From: Planctomycetota bacterium
GTDB taxonomy: Bacteria; Planctomycetota; GCA-002687715; CAIWVZ01
Reading direction: 5' to 3'
Length of the DNA stretch: 64,000 nt
Assembly: GCA_044222185.1 (NCBI GenBank)
Contig: JBGANV010000002.1
Span: 800,001 to 864,000 of the forward strand
The translations under genes were made by a program, and so were the position numbers. The number at the start of each line of letters is the position of its first letter. Position 1 is the first letter of the stretch. The notes beneath the pieces were generated by a model. The model saw nothing but the letters and a program-made list of their open reading frames with translations, did no database searches and was not told where the DNA came from. Positions 58,187-64,000 of the stretch are shown piece by piece.

Positions 58187-59326
58187 ATGACTACCGAATC
58201 GCAAGCGTCCCAGTTCACCAAAGGCCTCGACGGCGTCGTGGCCGCGCAGACGCGCCTGTCGAAAGTCGTCGGTGACGAGGGAAAGCTCTTCTACTGCGGC
58301 TACCCGATCCAGACGCTGGCAGACAACGCGACCTTCGAAGAGGTCTGCTTCCTGCTCTGGAACTTGCGCCTCCCGAACAAGACCGAGCTCACCGCCCTGA
58401 AGAAGGAGCTTGCGTCGTACCGCGAGGTGCCCAGTGCGGTGGTCGAGCTCATGCAGAAGGTGCCGCGCGACACGCACCCGATGGCGGTCCTGCGCACCGC
58501 AGTCTCGGCACTCGGTTCGTTCGACCCGGACACGGACGACATGTCGCCCGAGGCGAATCTGCGGAAGGCCAAGCGGCTGACTGCGCAGGTCGCGACGATC
58601 GTCGCGAGCTGGGATCGGATCCGGAACGGTCGCGACGTACTGAAGTCCGATCTCAAGCTGTCGCACGCTGCGAACTTCCTGTACCTGCTGTTCGGCAAGA
58701 AGCCGACGACCGACGTGGAGCACGCCCTCGACGTGGCGCTGGTCCTGCACGCGGACCACGACATGAATGCGTCGACGTTCGCGGCGCGAGTCACCTGCGC
58801 CACGCTCTCGGACATGCACTCCGCCGTCACGTCGGCGGTGGGCACGCTGAAGGGACCCCTTCACGGCGGCGCGAATCAGCAGGTGATGGAAACCCTGCTG
58901 AAGCTCGGTGACGTGAGCCAGGTCGAGCCCTACGTGAAGGCGCAGCTCGCCAAGAAGGAGAAGGTGTCCGGGTTCGGTCACCGGGTCTACAAGACCACCG
59001 ATCCCCGCGCGCCGATCCTGGCCGCGCTCTCCGAGAAGCTGTCGAAGAAGGCCGGCGAATCCCGCTGGTTCGAGATGTCGAAGAAACTCGAAGAGGTGAT
59101 GATCCGAGAGAAGCAGATCTACGCGAACGTGGATCTCTACTCGGCGTCGGCCTTCTACGCGATGAAGATCCCGGTGGACATCTTCAGCGCGCTCTTCGCC
59201 GTCTCGCGCGTCGCCGGCTGGACCGCCCACGTCCTCGAGCAACTCGGTGACAACCGCCTGATGCGCCCCCGCGCCGAGTACCTCGGCGAGCTGAACAAGG
59301 CCTGGGTCCCGATCGAGAAGCGCTGA
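58187..59326 (+). CDS. gltA: Citrate synthase (short, dimeric type)
   Basis: GLDGVVA, HADHDMNASTF, GPLHGGAN, GFGHRVYK, ANVDLYS. Confidence 0.93.
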   Translation: MTTESQASQFTKGLDGVVAAQTRLSKVVGDEGKLFYCGYPIQTLADNATFEEVCFLLWNLRLPNKTELTALKKELASYREVPSAVVELMQKVPRDTHPMAVLRTAVSALGSFDPDTDDMSPEANLRKAKRLTAQVATIVASWDRIRNGRDVLKSDLKLSHAANFLYLLFGKKPTTDVEHALDVALVLHADHDMNASTFAARVTCATLSDMHSAVTSAVGTLKGPLHGGANQQVMETLLKLGDVSQVEPYVKAQLAKKEKVSGFGHRVYKTTDPRAPILAALSEKLSKKAGESRWFEMSKKLEEVMIREKQIYANVDLYSASAFYAMKIPVDIFSALFAVSRVAGWTAHVLEQLGDNRLMRPRAEYLGELNKAWVPIEKR

Positions 59327-59336
59327 CCGCCGCCGA

Positions 59337-59529
59337 GGAGCGCCGCGCTCCAGTGCGGCCGGATCGACGGGGCACCAGCTTCGTCGTGAATGCGATCGAC
59401 GTCGGTTTCGCAGCGAGCCGTGGGGTGGCCGCGATGGGGCGTCGGGGCGGTCACACCAGGGTTCTCGCGACCGGGCAGGGCGACAGGGCAGAGCCCTGTC
59501 GATCCAGCCGCGCTGGAGCGCTGCGCTCC
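59337..59529. repeat. Palindromic REPIN/MITE-like element, copy 3 (193 bp), between convergent genes
   Basis: GGAGCGCCGCGCTCCAGTGCGGCCGGATCGAC ... CGACAGGGCAGAGCCCTGTCGATCCAGCCGCGCTGGAGCGCTGCGCTCC. Confidence 0.75.
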
Positions 59530-60560
59530 TATTTCGGAGTTCCCGCGGGGCTTGCTGGTGCGTGCGACCGAAGGCGGAAGTAGGCCGGCCGCAGATGTTG
59601 ATCGACGCGCCCCACCTCGATCTGCACGCGCAACAGAGACACGGCCGCGAACTGGACGTCGAGCACGAACTTCTCGATCAGGTCCCGGCGCGGGTCGATG
59701 GTGATCGTCGCCTCCGTCCAGGCCCAACGGGTCTCGCCATCCTTCGACGGCGATGGCGAGAGTCGGAACGTCCGTCGCCCGGCACGCGTGTCGCTCGGGC
59801 CCGTCACCTCGGTCATCGCGATCTCGGCCGCGTTCGTCTTCAGGTCGCGGACGAAATCCCACGACAGGAACCGGAACAAATCGGCGTCCGTACCGTCGGC
59901 GCCGTTCATGGTCACCTTGACCTTGATCGGCCCGGACGCGGCGGCGGTCGTCGTGCCCTCGCCCGGCCGGTACGTCCAGTGGTCCCTGCCGTCGAAGCCG
60001 CTGACCTCCTCCACCGCGCCGGCCTTCAGCTGGCGCATGACGTATTGGCCGGCCTTGTTGATCTCCAGCCGGAAGCTCCGAGCGCCCCCCTCAGCCTTCG
60101 AGTCGCCGAGTCTTTGCAGGAAGTCCAGGGCCGAGGACTGGAAATCGACGTACAGCTCGACGTCGTCGAACTCGGCGTAGCCGTCGGCGGCACGCTCGAG
60201 CAACGAGCGCGGCGTCGCCGGGGCGTCCCGCGTCCCCACCATCACGACCACGGCCATGACGAGGATCGTTGCAGCGATCGGGGCGGCGCGTGACAGGAAG
60301 CGGCGGCTCCAGCGTGGGCGCGGCATGGCCGGCGGGGACAGCGCGAGTTCGAGCGCCATCGGGAACGGTGGCGCCGACTCGCGGATCTCGTCGCACGCGG
60401 CGTGCGAGGCGGCACGTGCCCGCTCCAGCCCCACCAGTTCGGCGCGCAGACGTTCGTCGGTCGCCAATCGAGCCGCGAGGGCGCGCCGCTCGATCGGATC
60501 GAGTTCGTCGTCGATCCAGGCGCTCAAGCCAACACCCACGTCGTCGGGATCGGCGTTCAT
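59529..60560 (-). CDS. Putative anti-sigma factor (zinc-free anti-sigma domain, TM, LolA/RseB-like periplasmic domain)
   Basis: ATGA overlap with ECF; LSAWIDDELDPIERRAL; TM; GFDGRDHWTY, ITIDP. Confidence 0.75.
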   Translation of the reverse strand: MNADPDDVGVGLSAWIDDELDPIERRALAARLATDERLRAELVGLERARAASHAACDEIRESAPPFPMALELALSPPAMPRPRWSRRFLSRAAPIAATILVMAVVVMVGTRDAPATPRSLLERAADGYAEFDDVELYVDFQSSALDFLQRLGDSKAEGGARSFRLEINKAGQYVMRQLKAGAVEEVSGFDGRDHWTYRPGEGTTTAAASGPIKVKVTMNGADGTDADLFRFLSWDFVRDLKTNAAEIAMTEVTGPSDTRAGRRTFRLSPSPSKDGETRWAWTEATITIDPRRDLIEKFVLDVQFAAVSLLRVQIEVGRVDQHLRPAYFRLRSHAPASPAGTPK

Positions 60561-61093
60561 TCCGTGATCTCCTGGATGAGTCCGCCGAGCATGGCGCGGA
60601 GCCGAATGCGCGCGCGATGAAGCGTCACGCGCACGACGGCCTCGCTGGTTTCCATGACGGCGGCGGTTTCCTTGGTCGAGAGGCCCAGGCCGTCGCGCAG
60701 GTAGACGGCTTCTCTCCAGCTTGCGGGCAGCTCGCCCATCCGTTCGCGAACGACGGCGCACTCCTCCCGTCGAATGGCGACATCCGGCGGCGACGCCGTC
60801 CCGATCGACCGGGGCTCGTTCACCGCCTGCAACGCGAGCTCGAGCGACACCGGCTCCCGCCGGCGACCGGCGCTGATGCAGAGGTTTCGGACCACGTGCA
60901 GGATGAGCGGGCGGAGGGGCCGTGAGCGGTCCATGGGCCGTTCCTGTCGCCACAGGCGGAGGAATGCCTCCTGGCAGACGTCTTCCGCAAACGCTCGGTC
61001 GCCGCTCAGCGCGTAGGCCAGGCCGAAGGCATCTGGCCACGCGGCGCGCGCCTCCAGCAGGTCGATAGCCCGGTCGTCGGAAACGGATGGCAT
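60557..61093 (-). CDS. ECF-type RNA polymerase sigma factor
   Basis: AEDVCQEAFLRLW, VVRNLC, LPASWREAVYLR, VRVTLHRARIRLR. Confidence 0.88.
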   Translation of the reverse strand: MPSVSDDRAIDLLEARAAWPDAFGLAYALSGDRAFAEDVCQEAFLRLWRQERPMDRSRPLRPLILHVVRNLCISAGRRREPVSLELALQAVNEPRSIGTASPPDVAIRREECAVVRERMGELPASWREAVYLRDGLGLSTKETAAVMETSEAVVRVTLHRARIRLRAMLGGLIQEITE

Positions 61094-61150
61094 CGCGGAT
61101 GGGACCTCGCAGCACCACACGCACGGGATCGCGGCGACGTTAACTGCGAT

Positions 61151-61472
61151 TCAGGGATCCGATGCGGTGATCTCGAGCACGCGGTCCTTCTCCATGCACC
61201 GAAGCGCATCCGGCTCCAGCTCCGACATGCGGATGCCACGCGTTGGACGGAGTCCGATCGCCTCGGTTTCCAGGCGGCCGCGACAGGTGTGGACCAGGAG
61301 CCCGATGCGCGCCGCAGCTTCGGATGCGAGGACTCCGGTGATGGCCCCGATCCAGGCCCGGCGAGTTCGCGACCCGCGCGACCTCGAAGCCGAGGCCGGC
61401 GGCCTTGAAGGCCTTCTTGACCCGGTGCAGGTCGGCGGTCGACCGGACGATGATCGTGATGAACTCGCACAT
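61151..61472 (-). pseudogene. Frameshifted remnant of a hypothetical gene
   Basis: N-part MCEFITIIVRSTADLHRVKKAFKAAGL in one frame; protein-like C-part WIGAITGVL...IGLLVHT...MEKDRVLEITASDP* in another. Confidence 0.5.
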
Positions 61473-61580
61473 GCGTGCCCGAGCCTGCCCTCGAATTCGG
61501 CGAACGGGTCCTTCCAGGGCTGACGTTCCGGCGGCGAATGGCTGTCCCGTCACTTCGGACCCTCGTCGGATCGATCGGGC

Positions 61581-61766
61581 GGAGCGCCGCGCTCCGCGCG
61601 GCCGGATCGACAGGGCTCCAGCCCTGTCGTGAACGCGCCTGCCCTCCCGTTCGCCGCGTGCCGCGTCGTCGACGTAGGAGGGTGTCACGCGGATGAGAGC
61701 CGGCCCTCGACGTTCACGCGACGGTGCCGAGCCCCGTCAGTCCGGCCCCGCAACGCGCTGCGCTCC
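61581..61766. repeat. Palindromic REPIN/MITE-like element, copy 4 (186 bp)
   Basis: GGAGCGCCGCGCTCCGCGCGGCCGGATCGACAGGGCTCCAGCCCTGTCG ... CCGGCCCCGCAACGCGCTGCGCTCC. Confidence 0.7.
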
Positions 61767-61815
61767 TCCGCGTCGGGGCGCGCAACCTGCTGCGTTCGTC
61801 GCCAACGTCCGCGCC

Positions 61816-62298
61816 GTGCGTGTCGGCACACGCTGGATTCACGCGGCATCCGTGGCCGTCCTCGCTCTGACCTCGTGCACGACGTGCAACGGCGACGTCC
61901 GCAGCTACGTGCTCCGCCTGCGGCCGGGGGCCGAGGTGAGACGGGGACTCGTGGACTTCGCGCGGCGCGAGGGCATCCGAGCGGGCTGCGTCGTCAGCGC
62001 GGTTGGCAGCCTCACGCGCGTCGCATCGAGGTATGCGAATCGGCAGGAGACGACGGCGCTCGACGGGCACTTCGAGCTCGTCGCCCTGTCGGGCCACCTG
62101 TCGGCGGACACATTCCACCTGCACATGGCAGCCGGCGATGGCGACGGCCGGACCGTCGGCGGACACGTGATGGAGGGCAACGTCGTCTACACCACGCTCG
62201 TGATCGTCATCGAGGATCGCCTGCGCTGGAACTTCCGTCAGGAGGTGGATCCGACGCTCGGGTACGTGGAGCTCGCTCCGGAGTCCCGGACGCGGTGA
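61816..62298 (+). CDS. PPC/DUF296 domain protein (start uncertain)
   Basis: LRLRPG, SAVGSL, FELVALSG, HLHMA, GGHV, VYTT. Confidence 0.85.
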   Translation: MRVGTRWIHAASVAVLALTSCTTCNGDVRSYVLRLRPGAEVRRGLVDFARREGIRAGCVVSAVGSLTRVASRYANRQETTALDGHFELVALSGHLSADTFHLHMAAGDGDGRTVGGHVMEGNVVYTTLVIVIEDRLRWNFRQEVDPTLGYVELAPESRTR

Positions 62299-62458
62299 CC
62301 GGCGGTCGACGCACCCTCGCACTCAGCCGCCCGGCGTAGTTCGGATGGGCGGCTCGGCGTAGGCCGGCGCCTACGCACTCAGGCGGGCGCGCGCCACCTA
62401 CGCTCGTGAGCGGGAGGAGGCTTCCACGCTTGTCTCCTTTGGTACCCTGCGGCCAGCC

Positions 62459-63520
62459 ATGGAAACCGTCACAGAGCTCAAGTTGTCGCCGCGGGAGCGG
62501 TTCCTCCGGGCGGCTCGCCGACAACCCGTCGACCGGCTGCCGATCTGGTTCATGCGGCAAGCCGGGCGATACCTCCCCGAGTACCGAGCTCTGCGACAGG
62601 GTCGCACGTTCATGGACATGGTGCGATCGCCCGAGCTGGCGGCCGAGCTGACGTGCCAGCCGATCCGCCGGTTCGACTTCGACGCGGCCGTGATCTTCTC
62701 CGACATTCTCGTGCCCGTGGCGGCCATGGGACGCGGTGTCCGGTTCGAAGAGGGCGAGGGGCCCATCATCGAACCGGCCGTGCGCACGCGCGCCGACGTG
62801 GAGTCGCTGGAGCCGTTCGACCCGGATGTCGCCACGGGGTTCCTCGGTCAGTCGATCCGCCTCGTACGCCAGCAACTGGGTCCCGATCGCGCAATCATCG
62901 GCTTCTGCGGCGGGCCGTTCACCGTCGCGAGCTATCTCATCGAAGGCCGCTCCTCCCGAGACTTCGGGCGCACGAAGGCCCTGATGCATTCGGATCGGGC
63001 GACGTTCGCCGAGCTCCTCGCGCGCGTCGTCGACGCGTCGGTGCCGTACCTGGGCATGCAGGTGGCCGCGGGCGCCGACGTCCTCCAGATCTTCGACTCG
63101 TGGGGCGGCGCTCTCGACGCGGACACCTACCGCGAGGTCGTGCTCCCGCACCTCGAGCGCCTGGTCGTGTGCGCGAAGGCGCTGGGCGTCCCCGTCATCC
63201 TCTACTGCAACGGGGGGATGCACCTCGTGCAAGTGCTCTCCGAATCCGGCCCCGACGTCCTGAGCCTGGACTGGCGCGTCGACGTCCGTGCGGCGATCGC
63301 CTCCCACGGATCGCGCTTCGCGTTCCAGGGCAACCTCGATCCGGGCTGTCTGCTGGGGACTCCCGCGGGTGCGGCGGCGGAGGCGAAGCGCGTCCTCGAT
63401 CGTTTCGAGGGCGCGGCCGGCCACATCTTCAACCTCGGGAGCGGCATCACCCCCGAGGCGTCCATCGAGTGCGTGCAGGCGGTCATCGACGTCGTCCGCG
63501 CGAGAGGGAGGAAGCCGTGA
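62459..63520 (+). CDS. hemE: Uroporphyrinogen decarboxylase
   Basis: PIWFMRQAGRYLPEY, FSDIL, QIFDSW, QGNLDP, HIFNLG. Confidence 0.96.
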   Translation: METVTELKLSPRERFLRAARRQPVDRLPIWFMRQAGRYLPEYRALRQGRTFMDMVRSPELAAELTCQPIRRFDFDAAVIFSDILVPVAAMGRGVRFEEGEGPIIEPAVRTRADVESLEPFDPDVATGFLGQSIRLVRQQLGPDRAIIGFCGGPFTVASYLIEGRSSRDFGRTKALMHSDRATFAELLARVVDASVPYLGMQVAAGADVLQIFDSWGGALDADTYREVVLPHLERLVVCAKALGVPVILYCNGGMHLVQVLSESGPDVLSLDWRVDVRAAIASHGSRFAFQGNLDPGCLLGTPAGAAAEAKRVLDRFEGAAGHIFNLGSGITPEASIECVQAVIDVVRARGRKP

Positions 63521-64000
63521 ACCAACCCCTTCAGTTGAACGTGCCCGCTGACCTCCTTCAGCGGTACGGCACGGCCGCGCCCCGGTACACGTCCTACCCG
63601 ACGGCCGTCGACTGGAAGGACAACCTGAACGCTGCCGAGTATCCCGAGCGGCTTGCCCGCGTCGCGAAGAGCAACGACCCGCTCTCCGTCTACGTGCACA
63701 TCCCGTTCTGCGAGGCGCGCTGCTTCTTCTGCGGTTGCAACGTCGTCATCACGAAGAACCACCAGAAGTCGAACCCCTACATCGACTCCCTCGAGCGCGA
63801 GTTCGCCGCGGTGAAGTCCACGGGGATCGCCAACCGTCCGGTGCGCCAGTACCACTGGGGCGGCGGCACGCCGACGTTCCTGAGCGAAGACGAGATGCGC
63901 CGCCTGCACGACATCTTCCGCAACACGTTCCGGTTCGCCGAGGACTCGGAGGTCGCCATCGAAGTCGACCCGCGCCACACGACGCCCGGCCAGGTGAAAC
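63517..64000 (+). CDS. hemN: Oxygen-independent coproporphyrinogen III oxidase (partial, runs off window)
   Basis: GTGA overlap with hemE; translated by hand: PRYTSYPTA, YVHIPFCEARCFFCGCN, HWGGGTPT, IEVDPR. Confidence 0.93.
   Translation, partial: MNQPLQLNVPADLLQRYGTAAPRYTSYPTAVDWKDNLNAAEYPERLARVAKSNDPLSVYVHIPFCEARCFFCGCNVVITKNHQKSNPYIDSLEREFAAVKSTGIANRPVRQYHWGGGTPTFLSEDEMRRLHDIFRNTFRFAEDSEVAIEVDPRHTTPGQVK

Noticed and set aside
1-64000. rRNA, tRNA, integrase or transposase genes
   Set aside because: None recognised

Overview
High-GC bacterial window. The gene content (ECF sigma factors next to membrane Ser/Thr kinases, HEAT-repeat and carboxypeptidase-regulatory-like proteins, FG-GAP proteins) suggests a Planctomycetota-type genome; this is inference, as no marker gene is present. 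Housekeeping and transport genes: a tripartite RND pump, kdpFABC-kdpDE with two micropeptides missed by the ORF track, a cation/H+ antiporter, citrate synthase, hemE-hemN, an ECF/anti-sigma pair, a GNAT, a hemerythrin and a TatT-like lipoprotein. Four features stand out. (1) A translationally coupled operon (24844-27423) encodes a divergent Lgt-family transferase, a Tes/GDGT-MAS-like radical SAM enzyme and a small membrane protein ending in a signal-peptide-II-like helix plus Cys; it is a candidate lipid-coupling or lipopeptide system. (2) About ten exported proteins with unrelated N-terminal regions share a ~110-130 aa C-terminal domain and a Gln at +1 after the signal peptide, a candidate sorting signal. 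(3) An ECF sigma factor lies head-to-head with an RD/non-RD pair of kinase-FGE/lectin-fold receptors, next to a giant secreted pseudo-protease. (4) A family of REPIN/MITE-like palindromic elements shows compensatory base changes. Three frameshifted or decayed genes are also present. All family calls are from motif recognition; no database search was run.
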